A stretch of 64,000 nucleotides of DNA. It comes from the human T2T-CHM13v2.0 reference genome, Homo sapiens. Made by a program: the position numbers and the translations under genes. The stretch is from the NCBI RefSeq assembly GCF_009914755.1, contig NC_060939.1; one strand, written 5' to 3'. Below are positions 1 to 12,746 of the stretch, piece by piece (within the stretch, counting starts at the first letter, position 1; the number at the start of each line of letters is the position of its first letter). The notes under the pieces were generated by a model. That model was not told the DNA's origin and ran no database searches. It saw only the letters and a list, made by a program, of their open reading frames with translations.

Positions 1-22
1 TCCATTACATTCCATTCCATTC

Positions 23-1830
23 GGTACCATTCCATATTGTTCCATTCGATTCCATTCGAATCCATTCCATTCCAGTCCATTCCATTCGATTCCATTCCAT
101 TCATTTCAATTCCATTCCATTCCATTCCATTACATTCCACTTGATTCCTCTCCATTCCCTTCCACTGCATTCCGTTCGATTCCATTCCATTGCATTGCAT
201 TCCATTCCATTGGATTGCATTCCATTCGATTCCATTCCATTCGAATCAATTACATAGCAATCCATTACATTCGAGTCTATTCTCTTCCGTTCCATTCGAT
301 TTCGTTCCAATCCATTCGATTCCATTCCATTCGATTCCATTCCATACTATTGCATTCCATTCGATTACATTATATTCGAATAAGTTCCATTCAAGACCAT
401 TTCTTTTGAGTCCATTCTATTTGAGTCCATTCCCTTTGATTCCATAACATTTGAGTCCATTCAATTCCATTCCTTTCGTTTCCATTCCATTTGATGCCAT
501 TCCATTCAATTCTGTTCTACTCGACTCCAATACATTCAATTCCATTCCATCCGATTCCATTACATTCTTTTCATTTCTTATCCATTTCAAGCCATTCCAC
601 TCCATTCCATTCCACTCGTTTCCTTTCCATTCGAGTCCATTCCTCTCCAGTCCATTCCGTTCAATCCATTCCATTCCAGTCCATTCCATTCGAGTCCGTT
701 CCATTCCAGTCCATTCCATTCGAGTCAATTCCATTCCATTCGATGTCTTTCCATAACGATCCATTCCATTCTATTCCTTTCGATTCCATTCCATTCTATT
801 TCATTCCATTCGATTCCCTTCCATTGGACTCCTTTCCATTCGAGTGCATTCCATTCCGTTCCATTTCTTTCCGTTCTGTACGATTCCTACCGTTCGATTT
901 CATTTTCTTCCAGTCCATTCTTTCGCGTCCATTCCATTCCATTTCACTCCATTCGATTCCATTCCACTCGATTCCACTTCGTTCCATTTCATTGCATTCC
1001 ATTCTATTCAACTCTATTGCCTTCCATTCCATTCCATTCGATTACATTCCATGCGATTCCATTCGAAATCGAATCAATTACATTGCAATCCATTACTATT
1101 GAGTCCGTTTTATTCCAGTCCACTGCATTCTGGTCCATTCCATTTGATTCCATTCCATTCTATTCCATTCCATACAGTTGCATTCCATTGGATTCCATGC
1201 TATATCTATAAATTCAATTCGAGACCATTGCTTTTGAGTCCATTCTATATGATTCCATTCCATTCAAGTCCATTACATTTGGTTAAATTCCATTCCATTC
1301 GGTTCAATTCCATTCCATTCCATTCCCTTCCATTCCATTCCAGTTGATATCAATCCATTCGATTCCATTCCATTCGAGCACATTCCATTCGAGTCCATTC
1401 CATTCGATGCCATTCCATTTGATTCTATTCCATTAGTCTCCATTCAATTCCATTAATCTCCATTCCATTCCATTCTACTCCAACTGATTCCATTCCATTC
1501 TATTCCTTTCCATTCCATTTCATTCCATTCCATTCCATTCCATTCCATTCCATTCCATTCGTGTCCATTCCACTCCAGTCCATTCCATTCGTATCCATTC
1601 CATTCCAGTCCATTCCATTTGTGTCCACTGCATTCCATTCCACTCCATTCCATATTATTCCATTACACTCCATTCCATTCTATTACTTTCATTTCCATTC
1701 AATTCCATTCCATTTGATTCCATTCCACTCGGTTTCATTCCATTTGAGTCCACTCCATTCCATTCCATTCCATTCAGTTCCATTCCATTCTGTTCCATTC
1801 CATTCCGTTCCATTACATTCCATTCCATTC
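23..1830 (+). repeat. Reference 1808-bp monomer (KpnI to KpnI)
   Basis: GGTACC at 23-28 and again at 1831-1836, with identical flanking sequence. Confidence 0.97.
241..1260 (+). repeat. Diverged internal direct repeat within the monomer (about 241-430 vs 1069-1258; offset 828 bp)
   Basis: TCGAATCAATTACATAGCAATCCATTAC (241) matches TCGAATCAATTACATTGCAATCCATTAC (1069). GACCATTTCTTTTGAGTCCATTCTAT (395) matches GACCATTGCTTTTGAGTCCATTCTAT (1223). Confidence 0.9.
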
Positions 1831-4800
1831 GGTACCATTCCATATTGTTCCATTCGATTCCATTCGAATCCATTCCATTCCAGTCCATTCCATTCGATTC
1901 CATTCCATTCATTTCAATTCCATTCCATTCCATTACATTACATTCCACTTGATTCCTCTCCATTCCCTTCCACTGCATTCCGTTCGATTCCATTCCATTG
2001 CATTGCATTCCATTCCATTGGATTGCATTCCATTCGATTCCATTCCATTCGAATCAATTACATAGCAATCCATTACATTCGAGTCTATTCTCTTCCGTTC
2101 CATTCGATTTCGTTCCAATCCATTCGAATCCATTCCATTCGATTCCATTCCATACTATTGCATTCCATTCGATTACATTATATTCGAATAAGTTCCATTC
2201 AAGACCATTTCTTTTGAGTCCATTCTATTTGAGTCCATTCCCTTTGATTCCATAACATTTGAGTCCATTCAATTCCATTCCTTTCGTTTCCATTCCATTT
2301 GATGCCATTCCATTCAATTCTGTTCTACTCGACTCCAATACATTCAATTCCATTCCATCCGATTCCATTACATTCTTTTCATTCCTTATCCATTTCAAGC
2401 CATTCCACTCCATTCCATTCCACTCGTTTCCTTTCCATTCGAGTCCATTCCTCTCCAGTCCATTCCGTTCAATCCATTCCATTCCAGTCCATTCCATTCG
2501 AGTCCGTTCCATTCCAGTCCATTCCATTCGAGTCAATTCCATTCCATTCGATGTCTTTCCATAACGATCCATTCCATTCTATTCCTTTCGATTCCATTCC
2601 ATTCTATTTCATTCCATTCGATTCCCTTCCATTGGACTCCTTTCCATTCGAGTGCATTCCATTCCGTTCCATTTCTTTCCGTTCTGTACGATTCCTACCG
2701 TTCGATTTCATTTTGTTCCAGTCCATTCTTTCGCGTCCATTCATTCCATTTCACTCCATTCGATTCCATTCCACTCGATTCCACTTCGTTCCATTTCATT
2801 GCATTCCATTCTATTCAACTCTATTGCCTTCCATTCCATTCCATTCGATTACATTCCATGCGATTCCATTCGAAATCGAATCAATTACATTGCAATCCAT
2901 TACTATTGAGTCCGTTTTATTCCAGTCCACTGCATTCTGGTCCATTCCATTTGATTCCATTCCATTCTATTCCATTCCATACAGTTGCATTCCATTGGAT
3001 TCCATGCTATATCTATAAATTCAATTCGAGACCACTGCTTTTGAGTCCATTCTATATGATTCCATTCCATTCAAGTCCATTACATTTGGTTAAATTCCAT
3101 TCCATTCGGTTCAATTCCATTCCATTCCATTCCCTTCCATTCCATTCCAGTTGATATCAATCCATTCGATTCCATTCCATTCGAGCACATTCCATTCGAG
3201 TCCATTCCATTCGATGCCATTCCATTTGATTCTATTCCATTAGTCTCCATTCAATTCCATTAATCTCCATTCCATTCCATTCTACTCCAACTGATTCCAT
3301 TCCATTCTATTCCTTTTTATTCCATTTCATTCCATTGCATTCCATTCCATTCCATTCCATTCGTGTCCATTCCACTCCAGTCCATTCCATTCGTATCCAT
3401 TCCATTCCAGTCCATTCCATTTGTGTCCACTGCATTCCATTCCACTCCATTCCATATTATTCCATTACACTCCATTCCATTCTATTACTTTCATTTCCAT
3501 TCAATTCCATTCCATTTGATTCCATTCCACTCGGTTTCATTCCATTTGAGTCCACTCCATTCCATTCCATTCCATTCAGTTCCATTCCATTCTGTTCCAT
3601 TCCATTCCGTTCCATTACATTCCATTCCATTCGGTACCATTCCATATTGTTCCATTCGATTCCATTCGAATCCATTCCATTCCAGTCCATTCCATTCGAT
3701 TCCATTCCATTCATTTCAATTCCATTCCATTCCATTCCATTACATTCCACTTGATTCCTCTCCATTCCCTTCCACTGCATTCCGTTCGATTCCATTCCAT
3801 TGCATTGCATTCCATTCCATTGGATTGCATTCCATTCGATTCCATTCCATTCGAATCAATTACATAGCAATCCATTACATTCGAGTCTATTCTCTTCCGT
3901 TCCATTCGATTTCGTTCCAATCCATTCGATTCCATTCCATTCGATTCCATTCCATACTATTGCATTCCATTCGATTACATTATATTCGAATAAGTTCCAT
4001 TCAAGACCATTTCTTTTGAGTCCATTCTATTTGAGTCCATTCCCTTTGATTCCATAACATTTGAGTCCATTCAATTCCATTCCTTTCGTTTCCATTCCAT
4101 TTGATGCCATTCCATTCAATTCTGTTCTACTCGACTCCAATACATTCAATTCCATTCCATCCGATTCCATTACATTCTTTTCATTTCTTATCCATTTCAA
4201 GCCATTCCACTCCATTCCATTCCACTCGTTTCCTTTCCATTCGAGTCCATTCCTCTCCAGTCCATTCCGTTCAATCCATTCCATTCCAGTCCATTCCATT
4301 CGAGTCCGTTCCATTCCAGTCCATTCCATTCGAGTCAATTCCATTCCATTCGATGTCTTTCCATAACGATCCATTCCATTCTATTCCTTTCGATTCCATT
4401 CCATTCTATTTCATTCCATTCGATTCCCTTCCATTGGACTCCTTTCCATTCGAGTGCATTCCATTCCGTTCCATTTCTTTCCGTTCTGTACGATTCCTAC
4501 CGTTCGATTTCATTTTCTTCCAGTCCATTCTTTCGCGTCCATTCCATTCCATTTCACTCCATTCGATTCCATTCCACTCGATTCCACTTCGTTCCATTTC
4601 ATTGCATTCCATTCTATTCAACTCTATTGCCTTCCATTCCATTCCATTCGATTACATTCCATGCGATTCCATTCGAAATCGAATCAATTACATTGCAATC
4701 CATTACTATTGAGTCCGTTTTATTCCAGTCCACTGCATTCTGGTCCATTCCATTTGATTCCATTCCATTCTATTCCATTCCATACAGTTGCATTCCATTG

Positions 4801-7800
4801 GATTCCATGCTATATCTATAAATTCAATTCGAGACCATTGCTTTTGAGTCCATTCTATATGATTCCATTCCATTCAAGTCCATTACATTTGGTTAAATTC
4901 CATTCCATTCGGTTCAATTCCATTCCATTCCATTCCCTTCCATTCCATTCCAGTTGATATCAATCCATTCGATTCCATTCCATTCGAGCACATTCCATTC
5001 GAGTCCATTCCATTCGATGCCATTCCATTTGATTCTATTCCATTAGTCTCCATTCAATTCCATTAATCTCCATTCCATTCCATTCTACTCCAACTGATTC
5101 CATTCCATTCTATTCCTTTCCATTCCATTTCATTCCATTCCATTCCATTGCATTCCATTCCATTCCATTCCATTCGTGTCCATTCCACTCCAGTCCATTC
5201 CATTCGTATCCATTCCATTCCAGTCCATTCCATTTGTGTCCACTGCATTCCATTCCACTCCATTCCATATTATTCCATTACACTCCATTCCATTCTATTA
5301 CTTTCATTTCCATTCAATTCCATTCCATTTGATTCCATTCCACTCGGTTTCATTCCATTTGAGTCCACTCCATTCCATTCCATTCCATTCAGTTCCATTC
5401 CATTCTGTTCCATTCCATTCCGTTCCATTACATTCCATTCCATTCGGTACCATTCCATATTGTTCCATTCGATTCCATTCGAATCCATTCCATTCCAGTC
5501 CATTCCATTCGATTCCATTCCATTCATTTCAATTCCATTCCATTCCATTCCATTACATTCCACTTGATTCCTCTCCATTCCCTTCCACTGCATTCCGTTC
5601 GATTCCATTCCATTGCATTGCATTCCATTCCATTGGATTGCATTCCATTCGATTCCATTCCATTCGAATCAATTACATAGCAATCCATTACATTCGAGTC
5701 TATTCTCTTCCGTTCCATTCGATTTCGTTCCAATCCATTCGATTCCATTCCATTCGATTCCATTCCATACTATTGCATTCCATTCGATTACATTATATTC
5801 GAATAAGTTCCATTCAAGACCATTTCTTTTGAGTCCATTCTATTTGAGTCCATTCCCTTTGATTCCATAACATTTGAGTCCATTCAATTCCATTCCTTTC
5901 GTTTCCATTCCATTTGATGCCATTCCATTCAATTCTGTTCTACTCGACTCCAATACATTCAATTCCATTCCATCCGATTCCATTACATTCTTTTCATTTC
6001 TTATCCATTTCAAGCCATTCCACTCCATTCCATTCCACTCGTTTCCTTTCCATTCGAGTCCATTCCTCTCCAGTCCATTCCGTTCAATCCATTCCATTCC
6101 AGTCCATTCCATTCGAGTCCGTTCCATTCCAGTCCATTCCATTCGAGTCAATTCCATTCCATTCGATGTCTTTCCATAACGATCCATTCCATTCTATTCC
6201 TTTCGATTCCATTCCATTCTATTTCATTCCATTCGATTCCCTTCCATTGGACTCCTTTCCATTCGAGTGCATTCCATTCCGTTCCATTTCTTTCCGTTCT
6301 GTACGATTCCTACCGTTCGATTTCATTTTGTTCCAGTCCATTCTTTCGCGTCCATTCCATTCCATTTCACTCCATTCGATTCCATTCCACTCGATTCCAC
6401 TTCGTTCCATTTCATTGCATTCCATTCTATTCAACTCTATTGCCTTCCATTCCATTCCATTCGATTACATTCCATGCGATTCCATTCGAAATCGAATCAA
6501 TTACATTGCAATCCATTACTATTGAGTCCGTTTTATTCCAGTCCACTGCATTCTGGTCCATTCCATTTGATTCCATTCCATTCTATTCCATTCCATACAG
6601 TTGCATTCCATTGGATTCCATGCTATATCTATAAATTCAATTCGAGACCATTGCTTTTGAGTCCATTCTATATGATTCCATTCCATTCAAGTCCATTACA
6701 TTTGGTTAAATTCCATTCCATTCGGTTCAATTCCATTCCATTCCATTCCCTTCCATTCCATTCCAGTTGATATCAATCCATTCGATTCCATTCCATTCGA
6801 GCACATTCCATTCGAGTCCATTCCATTCGATGCCATTCCATTTGATTCTATTCCATTAGTCTCCATTCAATTCCATTAATCTCCATTCCATTCCATTCTA
6901 CTCCAACTGATTCCATTCCATTCTATTCCTTTCCATTCCATTTCATTCCATTCCATTCCATTCCATTCCATTCCATTCCATTCGTGTCCATTCCACTCCA
7001 GTCCATTCCATTCGTATCCATTCCATTCCAGTCCATTCCATTTGTGTCCACTGCATTCCATTCCACTCCATTCCATATTATTCCATTACACTCCATTCCA
7101 TTCTATTACTTTCATTTCCATTCAATTCCATTCCATTTGATTCCATTCCACTCGGTTTCATTCCATTTGAGTCCACTCCATTCCATTCCATTCCATTCAG
7201 TTCCATTCCATTCTGTTCCATTCCATTCCGTTCCATTACATTCCATTCCATTCGGTACCATTCCATATTGTTCCATTCGATTCCATTCGAATCCATTCCA
7301 TTCCAGTCCATTCCATTCGATTCCATTCCATTCATTTCAATTCCATTCCATTCCATTCCATTACATTCCACTTGATTCCTCTCCATTCCCTTCCACTGCA
7401 TTCCGTTCGATTCCATTCCATTGCATTGCATTCCATTCCATTGGATTGCATTCCATTCGATTCCATTCCATTCGAATCAATTACATAGCAATCCATTACA
7501 TTCGAGTCTATTCTCTTCCGTTCCATTCGATTTCGTTCCAATCCATTCGAATCCATTCCATTCGATTCCATTCCATACTATTGCATTCCATTCGATTACA
7601 TTATATTCGAATAAGTTCCATTCAAGACCATTTCTTTTGAGTCCATTCTATTTGAGTCCATTCCCTTTGATTCCATAACATTTGAGTCCATTCAATTCCA
7701 TTCCTTTCGTTTCCATTCCATTTGATGCCATTCCATTCAATTCTGTTCTACTCGACTCCAATACATTAAATTCCATTCCATCCAATTCCATTACATTCTT

Positions 7801-10800
7801 TTCATTCCTTATCCATTTCAAGCCATTCCACTCCATTCCATTCCACTCGTTTCCTTTCCATTCGAGTCCATTCCTCTCCAGTCCATTCCGTTCAATCCAT
7901 TCCATTCCAGTCCATTCCATTCGAGTCCGTTCCATTCCAGTCCATTCCATTCGAGTCAATTCCATTCCATTCGATGTCTTTCCATAACGATCCATTCCAT
8001 TCTATTCCTTTCGATTCCATTCCATTCTATTTCATTCCATTCGATTCCCTTCCATTGGACTCCTTTCCATTCGAGTGCATTCCATTCCGTTCCATTTCTT
8101 TCCGTTCTGTACGATTCCTACCGTTCGATTTCATTTTCTTCCAGTCCATTCTTTCGCGTCCATTCCATTCCATTTCACTCCATTCGATTCCATTCCACTC
8201 GATTCCACTTCGTTCCATTTCATTGCATTCCATTCTATTCAACTCTATTGCCTTCCATTCCATTCCATTCGATTACATTCCATGCGATTCCATTCGAAAT
8301 CGAATCAATTACATTGCAATCCATTACTATTGAGTCCGTTTTATTCCAGTCCACTGCATTCTGGTCCATTCCATTTGATTCCATTCCATTCTATTCCATT
8401 CCATACAGTTGCATTCCATTGGATTCCATGCTATATCTATAAATTCAATTCGAGACCACTGCTTTTGAGTCCATTCTATATGATTCCATTCCATTCAAGT
8501 CCATTACATTTGGTTAAATTCCATTCCATTCGGTTCAATTCCATTCCATTCCATTCCCTTCCATTCCATTCCAGTTGATATCAATCCATTCGATTCCATT
8601 CCATTCGAGCACATTCCATTCGAGTCCATTCCATTCGATGCCATTCCATTTGATTCTATTCCATTAGTCTCCATTCAATTCCATTAATCTCCATTCCATT
8701 CCATTCTACTCCAACTGATTCCATTCCATTCTATTCCTTTTTATTCCATTTCATTCCATTGCATTCCATTCCATTCCATTCCATTCGTGTCCATTCCACT
8801 CCAGTCCATTCCATTCGTATCCATTCCATTCCAGTCCATTCCATTTGTGTCCACTGCATTCCATTCCACTCCATTCCATATTATTCCATTACACTCCATT
8901 CCATTCTATTACTTTCATTTCCATTCAATTCCATTCCATTTGATTCCATTCCACTCGGTTTCATTCCATTTGAGTCCACTCCATTCCATTCCATTCCATT
9001 CAGTTCCATTCCATTCTGTTCCATTCCATTCCGTTCCATTACATTCCATTCCATTCGGTACCATTCCATATTGTTCCATTCGATTCCATTCGAATCCATT
9101 CCATTCCAGTCCATTCCATTCGATTCCATTCCATTCATTTCAATTCCATTCCATTCCATTCCATTACATTCCACTTGATTCCTCTCCATTCCCTTCCACT
9201 GCATTCCGTTCGATTCCATTCCATTGCATTGCATTCCATTCCATTGGATTGCATTCCATTCGATTCCATTCCATTCGAATCAATTACATAGCAATCCATT
9301 ACATTCGAGTCTATTCTCTTCCGTTCCATTCGATTTCGTTCCAATCCATTCGATTCCATTCCATTCGATTCCATTCCATACTATTGCATTCCATTCGATT
9401 ACATTATATTCGAATAAGTTCCATTCAAGACCATTTCTTTTGAGTCCATTCTATTTGAGTCCATTCCCTTTGATTCCATAACATTTGAGTCCATTCAATT
9501 CCATTCCTTTCGTTTCCATTCCATTTGATGCCATTCCATTCAATTCTGTTCTACTCGACTCCAATACATTCAATTCCATTCCATCCGATTCCATTACATT
9601 CTTTTCATTTCTTATCCATTTCAAGCCATTCCACTCCATTCCATTCCACTCGTTTCCTTTCCATTCGAGTCCATTCCTCTCCAGTCCATTCCGTTCAATC
9701 CATTCCATTCCAGTCCATTCCATTCGAGTCCGTTCCATTCCAGTCCATTCCATTCGAGTCAATTCCATTCCATTCGATGTCTTTCCATAACGATCCATTC
9801 CATTCTATTCCTTTCGATTCCATTCCATTCTATTTCATTCCATTCGATTCCCTTCCATTGGACTCCTTTCCATTCGAGTGCATTCCATTCCGTTCCATTT
9901 CTTTCCGTTCTGTACGATTCCTACCGTTCGATTTCATTTTCTTCCAGTCCATTCTTTCGCGTCCATTCCATTCCATTTCACTCCATTCGATTCCATTCCA
10001 CTCGATTCCACTTCGTTCCATTTCATTGCATTCCATTCTATTCAACTCTATTGCCTTCCATTCCATTCCATTCGATTACATTCCATGCGATTCCATTCGA
10101 AATCGAATCAATTACATTGCAATCCATTACAATTGAGTCCGTTTTATTCCAGTCCACTGCATTCTGGTCCATTCCATTTGATTCCATTCCATTCTATTCC
10201 ATTCCATACAGTTGCATTCCATTGGATTCCATGCTATATCTATAAATTCAATTCGAGACCATTGCTTTTGAGTCCATTCTATATGATTCCATTCCATTCA
10301 AGTCCATTACATTTGGTTAAATTCCATTCCATTCGGTTCAATTCCATTCCATTCCATTCCCTTCCATTCCATTCCAGTTGATATCAATCCATTCGATTCC
10401 ATTCCATTCGAGCACATTCCATTCGAGTCCATTCCATTCGATGCCATTCCATTTGATTCTATTCCATTAGTCTCCATTCAATTCCATTAATCTCCATTCC
10501 ATTCCATTCTACTCCAACTGATTCCATTCCATTCTATTCCTTTCCATTCCATTTCATTCCATTCCATTCCATTGCATTCCATTCCATTCCATTCCATTCG
10601 TGTCCATTCCACTCCAGTCCATTCCATTCGTATCCATTCCATTCCAGTCCATTCCATTTGTGTCCACTGCATTCCATTCCACTCCATTCCATATTATTCC
10701 ATTACACTCCATTCCATTCTATTACTTTCATTTCCATTCAATTCCATTCCATTTGATTCCATTCCACTCGGTTTCATTCCATTTGAGTCCACTCCATTCC

Positions 10801-11312
10801 ATTCCATTCCATTCAGTTCCATTCCATTCTGTTCCATTCCATTCCGTTCCATTACATTCCATTCCATTCGGTACCATTCCATATTGTTCCATTCGATTCC
10901 ATTCGAATCCATTCCATTCCAGTCCATTCCATTCGATTCCATTCCATTCATTTCAATTCCATTCCATTCCATTCCATTACATTCCACTTGATTCCTCTCC
11001 ATTCCCTTCCACTGCATTCCGTTCGATTCCATTCCATTGCATTGCATTCCATTCCATTGGATTGCATTCCATTGGATTGCATTCCATTCGATTCCATTCC
11101 ATTCGAATCAATTACGTAGCAATCCATTACATTCGAGTCTATTCTCTTCCGTTCCATTCGATTTCGTTCCAATCCATTCGATTCCATTCCATTCGATTCC
11201 ATTCCATACTATTGCATTCCATTCGATTACATTATATTCGAATAAGTTCCATTCAAGACCATTTCTTTTGAGTCCATTCTATTTGAGTCCATTCCCTTTG
11301 ATTCCATAACAT
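451..11312 (+). repeat. Imperfect 3-monomer higher-order repeat, two copies (period 5,423-5,424 bp)
   Basis: Anchor offsets are 451->5874 and 2259->7682 (5423 bp) and 4061->9485 (5424 bp). Shared rare variants sit near 2127/7550, 2385/7808, 3035/8459, 3316/8740 and 5150/10574. Confidence 0.8.
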
Positions 11313-12746
11313 TTGAGTCCATTCAATTCCATTCCTTTCGTTTCCATTCCATTTGATGCCATTCCATTCAATTCTGTTCTACTCGACTCCAATACATTCA
11401 ATTCCATTCCATCCGATTCCATTACATTCTTTTCATTTCTTATCCATTTCAAGCCATTCCACTCCATTCCATTCCACTCGTTTCCTTTCCATTCGAGTCC
11501 ATTCCTCTCCAGTCCATTCCGTTCAATCCATTCCATTCCAGTCCATTCCATTCGAGTCCGTTCCATTCCAGTCCATTCCATTCGAGTCAATTCCATCCCA
11601 TTCGATGTCTTTCCATAACGATCCATTCCATTCTATTCCTTTCGATTCCATTCCATTCTATTTCATTCCATTCGATTCCCTTCCATTGGACTCCTTTCCA
11701 TTCGAGTGCATTCCATTCCGTTCCATTTCTTTCCGTTCTGTACGATTCCTACCGTTCGATTTCATTTTGTTCCAGTCCATTCCTTTCGCGTCCATTCCAT
11801 TCCATTTCACTCCATTCGATTCCATTCCACTCGATTCCACTTCGTTCCATTTCATTGCATTCCATTCTATTCAACTCTATTGCCTTCCATTCCATTCCAT
11901 TCGATTACATTCCATGCGATTCCATTCGAAATCGAATCAATTACATTGCAATCCATTACTATTGAGTCCATTTTATTCCAGTCCACTGCATTCTGGTCCA
12001 TTCCATTTGATTCCATTCCATTCTATTCCATTCCATACAGTTGCATTCCATTGGATTCCAATCTATATCTATAAATTCAATTCGAGACCATTGCTTTTGA
12101 GTCCATTCTATATGATTCCATTCCATTCAAGTCCATTACATTTGGTTCAATTCCATTCCATTCCATTCCCTTCCATTCCATTCCAGTTGATATCAATCCA
12201 TTCGATTCCATTCCATTCGAGCACATTCCATTCGAGTCCATTCCATTCGATGCCATTCCATTTGATTCTATTCCATTAGTCTCCATTCAATTCCATTAAT
12301 CTCCATTCCATTCCATTCTACTCCAACTGATTCCATTCCATTCTATTCCTTTCCATTCCATTTCATTCCAGTCCATTCCATTCGATTCCATTCCATTCAT
12401 TTCAATTCCATTCCATTCCATTCCATTACATTCCACTTGATTCCTCTCCATTCCCTTCCACTGCATTCCGTTCGATTCCATTCCATTGCATTGCATTCCA
12501 TTCCATTGGATTGCATTCCATTCGATTCCATTCCATTCGAATCAATTACATAGCAATCCATTACATTCGAGTCTATTCTCTTCCGTTCCATTCGATTTCG
12601 TTCCAATCCATTCGATTCCATTCCATTCGATTCCATTCCATACTATTGCATTCCATTCGATTACATTATATTCGAATAAGTTCCATTCAAGACCATTTCT
12701 TTTGAGTCCATTCTATTTGAGTCCATTCCCTTTGATTCCATAACAT
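11313..12746 (+). repeat. Truncated 1434-bp monomer (355-bp deletion, KpnI site lost)
   Basis: The junction TTTCATTCCA|GTCCATTCCATTCGA at 12370/12371 skips the equivalent of 1528-1882. The length works out as 1808-355-20+1=1434. Confidence 0.93.

Noticed and set aside
243-253. DUX4 or paired-homeodomain site in GAATCAATTA
   Set aside because: It is only a partial match to TAAYYYAATCA, which is too weak to call.
370-392. Canonical heat-shock element (nGAAn inverted repeats) around TTCGAATAAGTTC
   Set aside because: The GAA/TTC spacing here (0 or 4 bp) does not match nGAAnnTTCnnGAAn, so HSF1 binding cannot be called from this sequence.
1199-1215. TATA-like element (CTATATCTATAAAT) once per monomer
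   Set aside because: It aligns to a degenerate counterpart in the other half-unit (TTATATTCGAATAAG), and there is no other promoter evidence. It cannot be supported without TSS data.
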